64,000 nt of DNA, from the NCBI RefSeq assembly GCF_000181795.1, contig NW_003526945.1, positions 1,106,591 to 1,170,590 on the forward strand. The letters run 5' to 3'. Position numbers and translations under genes: made by a program. Every line of letters begins with the position of its first letter. Positions within the stretch are counted from its first letter, which is position 1. The stretch is from Trichinella spiralis. Lineage: Eukaryota. This document shows positions 38,101 through 52,500 of the stretch, one piece after another. Below the pieces are notes generated by a model that worked only from the letters and a program-made list of their open reading frames with translations, ran no database searches and had not been told where the DNA came from.

Positions 38101-41100
38101 ACTGACTTATACGCGAATCGTAAGTCTAAATAAATATAAATATATATATATATATATATTATAAACAAGCGATTATCATAAAGTTTTCAATTTTTCAAAA
38201 TTTACTTTTGCTTCCCGAATGAAACGACCACCCTCACGATTCACATGTTCCACAGCTTCGGTTCTTTCGGTCAAATTTCTATATTCAGCCTAAAATTTCA
38301 GAAACAATAAGAACAGTTGAATAAAGAGTAAACATGAGAAAAATAAAGAAAGGAGAAAAAAAATCACCATCAGCAAATCCAAATGCTTCTGATATTCTTC
38401 GGGGTTCATGGATTCATCTATACGTAAATCATCAATCGTTTTTTCTACGCGTTCCAGCCAGGCATTTTCATTTTCATATGCAGACTGATACTGCATAAGC
38501 ACGCCTGTGGCGGATTCAATTAAATTCAATCTGAAAAATTAATAATTCAAAAATAGTACCAAAAGGAAAAAAATACATGGAAAAAGCATTGATCATTTTG
38601 AAAACTTTACCGATCAATAACTTGATAACAAATGTTCTCCCAACGGACGGTCAACTCCTGAACATCATCGTCTGCATTATTAATATCGTAGTGATCAGCA
38701 ACGTTGAATCGTGTCCGCGCAACATGCTGGCGCAATTTACCAACATTCGAAGATAAATCATCAAAAACTGCTTGCTGTTGTTGCAATAGCATTTGCACTG
38801 ACTGTTGAATAAAAAGGAAACATGTATATATGTAAATAATAAATAAATAAATAAATATATATATATATATACTTTTTAAATTATAATCTATAATTTTTAA
38901 GTTAAATTTTAAAAAAAAAGGTATTTACCAATAATTCAGCGTGCATATTTCGCAACTGATCAAGATTCGACGGCATATAATCGTATAAACACAAAGTTCT
39001 TTCGTGTGCATTCAAAATCTCATTTGCTTCAACAATACCTGTCAATACAGCTTCCACGGCCTTTATGCTAAAACAATGATTATTATTATTATTATTAATG
39101 ATACTGCGTCAACAAATGATGAATATCAGTAATGAGAAAAATTACCTCTCGGCGTGCATTTTAGACGTTTCCCACAAATTTTCCCAACGAGATAGCACTT
39201 GCTCAAGCAAAGCGCGTTGCATAGGGGACGGATCCAAAATTTGCCTGAATAATTCTTGAATCATCGACATCTCGCTATCCAACGCTTGTAAGCCGTCTTC
39301 AAATTTCTGCAACAATATCAAATTATAATATATGACAAGAAGAAGCAAGCTTCTTTCTCTAACGTGCCTTGTGTTCATCGGTGGCTTTGTCCCATTCGTC
39401 GGCAGTGCGAGGTATTGGATCAGCAATTCGTTGCATCAGAGTTTTCCAAGAACTATCCAATTTTTGCAACAGTGTTTTGGCTTTGCGATCGAAATTTTCC
39501 ACTACATCCGGATCCGGCTCCCTCTGAGCCAATTTGATGAGCCGGTAGAAATGCTCGTTGGCGGCATTTAATTCGTCGCGCAACTGCACCGACAATGGAT
39601 CGTCTTCATCCAACTCGGCCAGCAATTCGTTGGCGTCGTTATTCAATGCGCTCACCAGACCGTCTCGACTGGCCGGGTCCAATTCCAAAAATTGCTTCAA
39701 ATCCCAACTACGGACTTTTCGCAGCGAATCCGAAATAGCCATAAATCGGATCGAGTGGAAATTTTCCAACCACAGACGACGCATTCGATCGAACAACACC
39801 TGCAAACGTTGCAAACAGACGGCAACACGAGTGTCCGGAGGCGGAATGCGAAAAATCACTGACGGTGCTTCAAACTCCACTCCACCATGGAATTGCACCC
39901 GCCAGCGAACCAAATCACTGTTGTCGATCAATATGCATTCGTCATCTTTGTGCACGACAATATCTTTTTCCAAATAATTGCACAATGCAGTGACCAAGAT
40001 TGTTGTCGTGATACGTTCGCCACGTTGCCACAGTGGCGACAATGTGCGGCTACGTTCGCTCAACGAAATCAAAGTCTCGCTGTACCGATCCATCATCACA
40101 CGCATTTCTTTTAACTGCGCAAGCATACTTTCGCACTCGTCCAAATTTAAATAATTAAATCGACGATTGGACAGTTCTGTGAGGACTTGTATTTCGCATT
40201 CAAACCAATTCTCACAGTTAGATACGTCTTCCAAAAATCTGCTCAAATTCAACGAATCTTGTAAATGAACTTCCAAACACTGGGTAAGACCAAGCAACCA
40301 ATCCCACTGGGCTTGCATCATGCCAACATAAAGTTCAATCACTTCGACAGCCGGATGACGTTGATTCAACAAAGCTGCTCCCTGATCGTGCACATCGTTG
40401 AATTGAGCTTCGCGAAGTTCAATTTCGTGCATCAATTGCTTGTAATAATTTTGCAGCATAGATAAATCCAGATTTGCAAAATCCGACCAATTACGAGTCA
40501 CCTCGATCACCTCGCGTTCTTGGATCCACATTAATTCAAGCTGAGCCGCACGTACAAATGCTGTCAGCATATCTAGATCCAGCATACGCCCAGTTGAAAG
40601 CTTCTAAAAAGAATAAAAACCAGATAAATTGGAAGAAAACAGCGACAACAAGTAATAATTTTTAAAATATAAATTAATTGAAATCATTCTTGCTCACTTT
40701 CAACTGGGAGTAATCTCCTTCCAATTTGCTCAGATAGTTACAATATTCGTCTGTATCTTCGGCAGGAATGTCTGCCTGTAGAATGAAAATAAAATCAATC
40801 AATCAATCAATCAACCAGTCAAATATAACACAATAGAGTTATTAAAAATTTTCATTTTCTTTCTTTTAAATCCTACTTACCTGACGTGCAATGCACTGTT
40901 CCACAGTAGTACGAAAGTCCATTATTTCAGCGTGGTCAAGTTTGTGTTTCTCAAGCATATTGTCCAAGTCACTCAACTTTTCAGAAAACTCTAATTCCGA
41001 TAATTCTTTCTTAAAATAGAAAAAACAACAATAATAGAAACCAAACAAAAAAAAACAAATAATAAATAAACAATTCACATACTATGCGTTGTTCAACCCA

Positions 41101-44100
41101 TTGAATGTAGTCACAAACTTGGGTGAATATTTGTGTTTTATTACGACAAAGCCTTTCTCGTTCCGTTCGACTCACATAACTGTCCAACAATTGCAAACAG
41201 CCCTGACAACGTTGCAAATAGGCAATGCGACGTTGGTGCAAACCAAACACCCTAAACCAAACAACAGTTATAATCAATTATAATAAATAAATAAATGCAT
41301 ATATAAATGGCAAATTACTGTCTGTAAAAGTCATTCGCCTGTGGATGATTGCAACTACGAAGCACATCGACGTCGTGGAAGAAACCTTCTATTGGTGATT
41401 CCAAGGCATTCAAGCCATCAACAATCAGGTCGACCGAATCGTGCGATGTGTTATTATCAGCAGCTTCGATCTGTTGCAACAATTCGTCCAATTTTTCATT
41501 GGTGATGCCAATTTGCAAATTCAAATTTCGAGCTAATTCATCCAAATCGACTCGCACATCACCGCCAAGAGCACGCTCTCGAGCTGCAAGTGCATCTAAC
41601 AAATCTTCCCACAATCTATTCAATCTGCCTGGCGTAAATTCGTGTTCCACAGAAAATACATCTATGTTTGACAACTTTTCCTGCAAATTTTGAAAAAAAA
41701 AGAATTTTTTTCTCAAAACTTAATACAATATTAATTTAAATATGCTAATGATGATAATAATAATAATAATAATAATAATAAACCTCTAAATCTGCGTATT
41801 CTTTTTCCAAACGTTCTTTTTCACGATGCTTATGCCGCATCTCTTCTTTGCGAAATTCATCTATTTCAGCCAATAATCTCTGCACAAATGAAAAAATTGC
41901 ATTCTTCTTATTAGTATTGCTATTTAATATATAAGCATTCATAAAACAAACTTTTACTTCGCTTGGATGAGCAGACGCATTTTGATAGGAATTAATTGCC
42001 CGCTGTAACCAGCTTGAAAATTCTCTAGCCGACAGTCGATAACGCATAACTTCATCTTGAAACTGCAAAATAAATTGATAAAAATATCAATTATCATTAT
42101 TCATATATCATCATCAAATCATCAGTAGAAATTTACATTCGGCATTTCCAAATTACTCAACGCGTTGTAAAGCATTGAGATGTAAACTGTCAAAGACTTT
42201 TCTTCTGGGTGTGAAACATCCACATCTATATGAAAATTGAACAAAAAGTAGAATTTCAATGAATTTCTGTCATGATTTTTTTTGATAAAATTACCTTCAG
42301 GATCAAGCAATCTGGAAACTTGAAATTCCTTTTCAAATAATTCAAACGCATTTTCTAAACGCTCTCGGGGTTTCATGCGGTGTAGAACTTCAGACCATTT
42401 GACCAAATCGGGTCTGAAAAAATACAGGCACATAAAAATCCAACTACTACCATTGTAATAAAATTTAAAATAACATTTTCCACACTGTATCTATATATCG
42501 TTCATGCAGTACTTTTTTTTTCGCAATAATTCTCCTCAACATTACCACAACACTGAATCTCAAATGACAACCACATAACTAATTTGTTTCAAAAAATGAC
42601 GACTTTGTAGAAAAGTACTTCATACAAATTTAACTCGAATCGGGTAATCAAAATAAAGTAACTAGCACACTATAGAGTAAATGAATCATTTCAAGCAATC
42701 AGATAATTAACTGCAATGAAATGTACATACAGCAAATAAAATATGATGAAAAATTAAAAACAAACAGTAACAATATCTGAATATAAAACGAACGATACAT
42801 ACAATAATCATATTATTTTATAATAATCCTATTATTAAATATTTCCATACAGTGCTTATAAATTGTCCAAATTTCAACATGAATATAACAGATTTGTGGT
42901 ATTTATTACCTGAATCTGTGCAAAATTGCATTAAAAGCTAAACCATCACGCCAAGATGTGGTAAAATTTTGCACATTAACACCAGAATAGCCACTTGTTA
43001 CATCTTGAACCCAATTCAACAGACCTTCTTTGGCCGTAAAACCGCCTCGGCGTTCTACCTCATGCCATGGTTCAGAAACCTGAAATAGAAAAAAGAAAAT
43101 AGCATACATTTTACAAATGATAATTCAAATGGATTTTTATTATTTTATCATACACTGCCAATTCATAATATGCATTTTAAAAAAAATTTAAAAATAAAAT
43201 TAGTTGCTAAATTCTTGTATTGGTCAAGAATAGAATAGATGTTTCTCTTCTATTTTTTTTTGCATATTTTCTCTGTTAAAAGTTGATGAAAAGAAGAACG
43301 CTTAAGAAAGAACGCAACAATAGCTGCCTCGCCCAGTGATGAATCAATTCAGGTCAACAGTATATAAAAAGTAAAACCACATAAGCGATAAATTCCATTG
43401 AACGAGATTGACTAACAGACAACCGATTCCTTCCTGGTCTTGTTGTCGCATAGCATATCGCCCAATCTCCTTCTGCTTACCTAACCCCTCCCCATAAAAT
43501 TGAAGCCGGTGACCATGGTCACCGCCATCAAACAATGACCACAACAGTAATGACTGTACACGCACAACAAGACCGGTAAAAACTGGCCAATTGAAATAAA
43601 TGACAGAGAAAATACGAAAGCGGCACAATGATTGAAATTATACTGGCTTGGAATGAGAATATCTTTGATGGGAAATAGAAGACGACCGCAGCAACACGTT
43701 TGACATATTTAGAACAAGAATACAAGTTAAAGTGGCGTAAATTCACATTTTAACACTGCCAAGCTGAATCATCGTCGCTGGAAAAGCAAACACACCACAA
43801 CAGGGCAAGATGGGAAGAAAAAAACCAGAATCAATATTATTTGATTACTTAATTAAACGAAATCATGAAATTATTTTACGAAAGAAAAACAAATCCATAA
43901 ACAAAGAAACCAAACCAAAACAGAGAGAATAAATGAAAGGAAAAAAATGGATTGAATTATTATAATATTGTTGGGTTTGTTTGTTTACTTTCACTAAACG
44001 TCGATCAGTTGAACGTCGATTGCTTGAACGATCCCGATCGCTTCGGGTTTTCTTCACGCGTTGAACTTTTCGTTCGTAATGTGCGTGAGTTTCATAAGAT

Positions 44101-47100
44101 GAGCTCTCAGAATAGCCACCACCACCACCGCCAGTTAATATTTGAGGAGCCGTTGCACCGCTACCAGCACGCCAATCAGCTCCGGACGATGGTTGTGCAG
44201 CAACGAGTAATGAACCGCTACCATTTTTGCCATTACCATGATGATGATGATGATGACTGTCGTTGCTGCCGCCGCCTATTACAGTTGAAGAAGTTGACCG
44301 CTGTTGCTGGTGCTGTTGTTGGTGAGCAGCAACACGTGATTGTGGCGACAACGTCAACGGTTCGCATGTAACTTCGTGCTTGCGTTCGGCTTTTCGATGA
44401 TAACTTTTCAATATCTTATACATGAGATGAGCGGACAAGCCGAACAAGAGCAAAAAACCAATCAAAAATAATGCACAATTATACAGCGACAACCAAACAC
44501 ACTCGACAAGTAAACAGCAAGCGTCTGTTTGACGCAACAAATAATAATGATAATGCTGCTGTTGCTGACTGCGATGATGGTCGTGACAGAAAAATCTTAC
44601 TGTATCGTCGCTCTGTTCTCTAGCCAACACACTACTGCCGTCGACACCGGTCCCATAAGCGCTTAAGAAATGTGACACCAAGCCAACCAGTTGACCGGTT
44701 TTCCAGAAACAGCCTCCGGCGTTCCAATGCGCCGAATTCCGTCCACCACTACTACTACCACCACCACCACGACTACTACTACTACTACTACTACTACCAT
44801 TACCATTACTACTACTACTACTACTACTTTTACAACTGCTAGTACTAGTAGTACTAGCGCTATGTGCAGCAACAGAACGACAACTATGACGATAGTAGTA
44901 AATCAGATAAAATAGTAACCAATTCACCACCACAGTACCATTATTATTACTGGCCATGACCAATTCTTCAGTTTGATAAACCATAATATTACTATCACAC
45001 CACACCCAATATTCAACTGAATATAGCAAAAAATTTCTTCATCTATTCACAAACAAACAAACCACCAATTTTTTTGTCGATTGAATTATATTTTCAATTC
45101 CAATTCTTTATTTTTCTGCTTCAATACTTCTTCTTACTTTCTGTAATTCTTTTCTTCTTATCATTTCATCATTCATTTATATTTTTCTTTTCAAATGTTT
45201 TTCATTCAAAAAAATGTACTCACATAAACAGACACAGATATTTGCAAGAAAGCAAGAAAGCGTGCGCCTACACACACACACACACCCGCAAAGATGAACT
45301 TAAATTTATAAAACAAATCGCCGTCGGGTTAAAGCTAGCTTAATATCACCAAAATGACGATGATGATGAAAATTTCATTAACAGCAAGCGAACCTAATGA
45401 TCGTCAAGATTTGCAACAAAAGTGCACATTATTCATTCTCCATTTATCATCAATTCTCCAAACTAACTGATAATAGAAAAACGGCAAACGTTTTCGTTTC
45501 AAACACACACACACACACACACAGACAAATGGCCTGCTCGTCAGTGTTGCTGATTCAGCAGTAAATGAATAATAATAATAATAATAATAAAATCCAACAA
45601 AAATGTTGTCGCATCAACGCAAGCAGTCTGAAAATCGTTGTACAGAAAAGAACAAGTGACTTCATCATCAAATGGCGTGTAGTAGTATTCTTCTGTTCAA
45701 CAACATGGAAAACGAAATTCGTTTTTACACACGTCATTTGAACCATTGAACAAACAGCTCATGCCTACCTAGTCAGTCAGCCAGCCAGCCAGCTAGCTAA
45801 ATCGAGCTTTCACAGCAAACAAGCAACAACCGTTTGTTAAAGTAAGAGATGACAATTTCCAAAATTGCTCAAAACAATAACTGTGCATTTGGTAACGAAG
45901 AACAATTTTTCCACCACTTGAATTTTCAACTTGGCTAACGTCAATATACCAATAATAATAATAATAATAATAAAACAATCACGAATAAGAGCAATAAAAT
46001 TAACAACAAACACATCGATGAATCAATATGGCAATTAGAAGAACAGCTGTTTTGATTCAGTAAAAATTAAACAAGCCCACTAACGTTTTAATCATTGCAA
46101 CGTTCGTTCACAAAGCGAAAAGAATTCAGCCACACAACAACCGAGAGCCCATGTAATAATAATCCTTGCATTGCCATATAAACGCGCGTGAACGCTGTTG
46201 TTAAAATTAAGTCGCTTTCATCTCGTGTTTTTTAAAATTCTCTAAGAAATCAAATCTGTGGAGGTAAAAAATAAAATTTTTTTATATTAAAATTTCACCA
46301 TTTATACAATTTCCTCTGCTTGTAACTTGAAGGTGTACTTTGAAAAGAGGAAAATAAAAAACTGCTCAGCGCAGAGTCACAATTTCTTAAAAACCGTATT
46401 TACACAAATTTCAAAATTCAAATTGCAATATCTTCAACTGGTATAATAAAAGAATTTCAACTCGGGAAAAATTTCCAAAGCGATCAGCAGCAGAGCTGAA
46501 AGCAAAGTAAACAATTTGAAAAGTTCACCGGTTACTCTACCCACTCACTCAATCGAGGTCTATCTCTACTTTCCTCCGACTATTTATGCAGCAATAATTA
46601 ATTTTACGACAACTGCTGAGCAACCTTACATAACAATAATAATAATAATAACCCTAATGAATTAGCTGTGGAGCTCAAATCATCCAACACTAACAAAAGT
46701 GTTGAAGAAAAAAAAAGAACATTAAACAACTTACCTGAAAATGCAAAATGATCACCCATACTAAACCCAAAATTAACTTCTCATTTCCATCCACAATGTG
46801 TTCAGGTCTCATGTTCACCAATTTCACCTGGACAAAAAATTGAAATTTAAAAAATTAAAAAATAAAAACATGATTTTTCAAACGTACATTTTCTTCGATC
46901 AAAAAGTTCAAAACTTTGGATACATTTTGAACGTGGTGAATTCTCAACAGACCTTGGTCGGGCTTCTGCAAAAAATTTCAGTGTATAAAAATTTCAACAA
47001 ATCTCAACCCTAATTAACATACCAACTGCTTGCCAGTTAATAATTCGAGAACATTCAACAACAGAATGCCATCTTTCAAATCGACAAACAAATCATTGAC

Positions 47101-49480
47101 TTTTTTAGACCTCTACAAACAAAAAAGTTTCAACTTATTAATAATTAATTAATTCATCAGTTGTACATTTGATTTAAAGAAAAAGAACACTGCACTAACG
47201 TTTGTTTAACAGATTTGGCTAACTTTTGTTTTCAGTTTTCATGTTTGGTGAAATATTAAAATTTCATTTACAAAAAAAGTTTGAACAATGTGCACTTATC
47301 TATTTATTTATTTAATATATTCATTTCTATTTTTTTCACGAATATTCTTTCTTTCTTTTTTTTGAAAGTATATTCATTTTGAAGTGAAAAGCAATTTGAT
47401 TATTATTATTATTATTATCATTCAATGAATTATGGTCACACGTTGTTGATTATTTGAATGAATTTATACATCAAAAATTTGTTCGTCTGTTTGACTTTCG
47501 TCACGAATGGTCAGCTTTGAACAAGTTCAGCCAGGCTATGTTTCAATGACATAATTTATCAAAATATGCTCTCTCTCTATCTTTCTCTCTTGAGAGAATA
47601 CAACTTCAGCCGACCCCTCCACTTCACTGTGTGCGTGTATTGCAATCCTTCAACCCATTTTAATTTTATTTCTCAATTCGAAAACTACATCAACCTATCA
47701 AATCAGTAAACAGCTAAATTAACTGATTCTATTGTAAGCAATGAAAAAATAGAAACAAAATTCCCCGCCGTCTTTTTAAGCAAAACTGTTCTTAATCTAC
47801 TGATTGAAAAAGAAAAATTCGTTCCAAATTTCACACCGAGACAAAATTTAAAGAACAAATAAAATAAACAAAACCAGCTCAGATTGGAAAAAAATCGTGG
47901 GAAATGGTAAAAATGACAAAATAATTCTCGAATATTGTGACAACAGAAAAAAAAAAGGTTTTCCAATCAACAACGCAGACCGTGCACAAAGCGATGAATG
48001 TGCGCCCGTTGGGCCTTTTCTTTTGCTTTTCAATTACAGAAAAGCATTACAGTATTATTAGAATTTTTCAAGTTTGAGGAAAAAAAAACAAAACTCTCTC
48101 AGATAAAGAAAACACCGCCCCCCCCCACCCTTCCCAATAAGCAACAAGCAAGTGTCGCTTAATTTTCAAGTAAATTTTTTCACAACGCTCCAAATGCACA
48201 AAGTAGATGATGACAATTGGTGGAGGATGGATGATGTGATTCAACGTTAGAAAAATGTTTCCCATTTCTGATACAATCAACCGGCGTCGGCCGGCTGGCT
48301 GCATTAGTCATTGCTAAAGCAGTTGGAAAAATGCGTAAACAGCAGAATGACAGTCATCAGTGTTAAGTTGGTCGATTGAAAGAAAACTGCCTTTTCTTCG
48401 CCAAAGATGAAAAACCTCGCCCACCGGTTTTGGAAATTGACATGCTTTTCATAGCTGTCGCACAAGTAAAACCAGAACAATCCAAACCTTTGCCGCCAAC
48501 TGACCAACCAAACAAACACCAAAATAAAGTGATTCAACATTTCCACATTCCACACTGGAGACAGATCAAACAATCAGCGAAACAAAAATTTTCACACTCT
48601 TCACATTCAACCACCAAATGCTCTTTCTCTCTCTCTCTCTTCTTTTTTCATATTTTTATATTAAAAAGAATTTTTTTTTCTTTTATTTAAATAAACATCT
48701 CATAATCTATCTTCATCATAGATGCCAAATCAGCCGTAAAATGAATGACAAGTGAAAAATTGAAATTTCAAAATCAAGCTGAAATATCTGTGCCGGCAGT
48801 CAGTACAGCCGCCATTTGAATGTAAGCGATGAGCCAAATTTACGTTATCAATTTCTCGTCCACTCGACACACCCAATAAATACGCATTCAAATGCAAAAT
48901 TCCTTTTTCAAATATTTGTTCCACAATTGTCAACGGTCACGGAATACGAGCAAAATTCTATTATTAAATTTCTTTTCTTCTAAAAATATGTATGTCTACA
49001 TTTTGAACTAAACACAGCTGCTGCTTGTTATTTGTGTTTGATGAAATTCAGAAATTATTTGCTTATCAACTTTTTGTTCAAGCTTCAACATCATCGTTTC
49101 AAGTATTTTGATGATGGAAAAATATGTCAGGGTGATGATGACTGTTTTGTGCTTTTACACGCTTCAACCCAATTTTACTACCATTTTATCTTAATAACAA
49201 AAGTCAACAGATCGATCTTGAAAATCAAGCCAATGACAACCGTGCTGGTCTTTCTCTTCTTCTTCTTCTTCTTCGTTAACACAACAATGAATAATAACAA
49301 ACAAACAACCAAACAAACCAACCAATATGTCAACAATATCAAAGCCAGCTTTTACAACTTGCTACGACATACATTTCATTTCTCTCTTTTAATTCCCAAC
49401 ACTTTCAAAAGCAAAAATTGTCAACTGTATGAATTCATGATTATCAAAAGCTAACATTAATACTAAAAAAGTTACACGTT

Positions 49481-49540
<60 letters not shown>

Positions 49541-52500
49541 TCGACATTTCAATTGAAAGACTGCTGTTTCCACTCGATAAACACAATCATGAGCAGCAAC
49601 TATTGTAGCATAATGTATATACAAACAATCAGCATAATGCTGCAGTCGTTTCTTTACTCGAAATGCAATAATACTTCACAATATTGATGAAAATGCAGCT
49701 ATCTTGGGTACTGCTTGCATTCTTCAAAATTTCTGCTTATTAAAATGAAAGAAAATAAACAAGTTCTAGAAAGATTAAGAAATTTTGACGATGCTCTCTC
49801 TCTCTCTCACTTTTCAGACAGGACAAAGCAATTTGACAAACAAATACGCATTACTACAGCTAGTCAAGCTGCAAGAGAATGAAAAAATTTTGGTGGAAAA
49901 TGTCGCAATGGAAAATGATTCGTGCATTTTGAAAAGAAGATAAAACTGAATTTTTCAACAAATAATTCATGTTTGCTGAATTGCAAAGCAAAAAAATAAT
50001 GGAACAAAAACCACTTCACTTTACTAAGCAGACGATTCTTTGAAATAACTTCTCCATTTTGTAAATAAAAAATCCCCACTACTCGAATGTGTGCCCATTT
50101 GATTTCAGATTGCTGCTGAATTTTAAATTTGAAAATTGACAATTCCCAAATCTCATAAAAAAATATACGAAAATTGCGTAACAACAGATGCCATTTTTAA
50201 ATGTTTTCATGTTGTGACAAAAAGAATTCCATTTTCCAAATCGAGCTTTCTTGCAAATTTCTTCTCACAAAATTAATGCAAATATACAGTAAATGATAAG
50301 CAGGTAAGCAATAAAAATGCAAGAAATATTTCTGTTTCAAATGAAATTTAAGTTAACAGTTTGCGGCAATGATACTGATTTGCCAATCGACGAAAACGAA
50401 ACCATTCATCATTAGAAGAAATTCCAAATAATCAAAAAATAATAATAATAAATTAAAACAATATTGAAAAGGAAAATTAAATGTAATTTTCCTAGCATGA
50501 AGAGAAAATAGATGCGATGCATTTTAATTAGTACTAAATATTTGGGAAGTTATTCGTTACTGTAAATTGTACATTCGCATGCTCTTATGGTCAGAAAAAA
50601 TGCACAGTCAGCGATTATGCAGTATACAATTACAGATTACTGCGCTTCGATGTAAAAAAAACCTGTTTCAGAACATGTTTACGGCTATATGAGGTCAAAC
50701 AAAGCAAAATGCTGACAGTGTTGTCGATCAGTCGATCGTATTTACGGTCGAAAGGAAATGCTTAACTAGAATAAACAAGGATGCAAGAGTTTCTAAGATT
50801 GACAAGAATTAATTCGCCCAGAATTGACACGACACAAGGTCAAGTCAGTCATGCTGCCTTCGACCCTTCGTGAGCATTTCTGCAAAACCATTCAGCACCA
50901 ACACAACAACTTGACCTCAGCAAATAAAAACGACAACCACCAATAATGTCAATTCTGATTAATTCTTACTTTTTTGTTAATAATTTTACATTTTTCAATG
51001 CCCCATACATTGCATAAAATAGATTTTAAGTGTCAACAAGTTACAACTTCTCATTAGTAGTTTTGATAAAACTGAATTACGATAATAATAATAATAAGAA
51101 GAAGAAGAAAAAATAAGGAAAAAAAGAAATAACTTACGCTCTCCAACAATCGGTTCATCCATACAGTGAAGGCTTTCTTTTGAATGTTGGCGCGTTCCGC
51201 TATAATACAAATTCAAATTAATTATTTTATTTTTGAAGCAGAACAAAAAAATATTTTTAAATTATGCATAAACACAAAAATCAAATATACAAATAATGTA
51301 CTCTGCATAGGAGAACTGAAGATAGCCATCCTTCATTAATTTCTTGGTAGAGTGGATATTACATGAAGAACGCACCACCACCAGAATAATATAAATGAAA
51401 AAGCCCCAGCAAAAAGCTGTTCGAAGTTCAATTAACGATGCTTAATAATAAATAGTACAGAGTTGAGTAACTAGTTTTCAAATAAAATTCAACCCCAAGC
51501 TAACTTAACACCAGTAAGCCAATAGAAATAACTATTCATCAGGCTAATTAATTTTTGAAAGAGTGAACAAACCGGAAGTCACAATATGCAATGCAGATAA
51601 TGCAAAAACGCATTCTACAAGGCTACCGCGTATTAAACTTTAATGACAAACCGTTGCACTGATCAACATATGCAAATTATGGTCTATCCTAATATTGCTG
51701 TCATTTAATAAAATGCAAGAAAACTTTTTAACAAACCAGACAAAACATGAGCTAAAGTAAAACAGCAAATTTAAATGAAAAAATATTTTCGAGATTTCTC
51801 AAAAGTTGACAACAGATACTTATTATCATGCGAGCATTAAAAGTAAATGAAGTTCATTGAAACTAATCTTTAGTAAAAACAAATTTTTTTTTATCAATTC
51901 GAAACCTTAAACTTAATTTAATACATCAGACGTGTAATTATAGCATAAGAAACATGAAACTTGTCAAACAACATCATCATAAGCATGCGTAGAAATAGAA
52001 GCAAAAAATGCATTGGTGATAAGAATCTAGCAACAGAATAACATGTGCAAATTTCAAATTAACATAAAATGGAACACCTTTGAATGAACAATAGAGATCA
52101 ATTTTATGCAACATTTATCAATAAAGCTTCTCGGCAGAAAAAAACGCATGCACTACATTCATTCGACCTTCACTAATATTTTTGTCATAAAAGAATATAA
52201 AATTTAATTAAAAAAAATAAAACTTTCGAAAAGTCTAGTATTTTTTCTTTTATTACAAATAATTTTATTATGTATTATTTAAAGTGCTGGAAAATATTTC
52301 ACTTGAAAAAAAAGAAGTGTTCAAAAATTGACGTTTCGGCCTTAAATCAAATAGTAAAACTATTTTCTATTTGTCAATTGCTACTTTGTTGTTCAAATAA
52401 AAGTGACAAATTGTTCACACAAAAAGACATGACATAATTATCGTATTACAAAATTCTCACATGATAAAATCGATCGAAAATATCAACTTGTGAAACAAAT

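Noticed and set aside
43344..43746. GC-richer ORFs and a TAG|GTAAGC donor just upstream of the CH2 exon
   Set aside because: The frame in phase with CH2 ends in a stop at the donor. At most this is a non-coding exon, and that is unsupported.
50025..50057. Possible micro first exon ATG...[17 protein letters not shown] in phase with vab-10 exon 3
   Set aside because: Such short ATG-donor pairs arise by chance in a 4-kb intron, and there is no other support.
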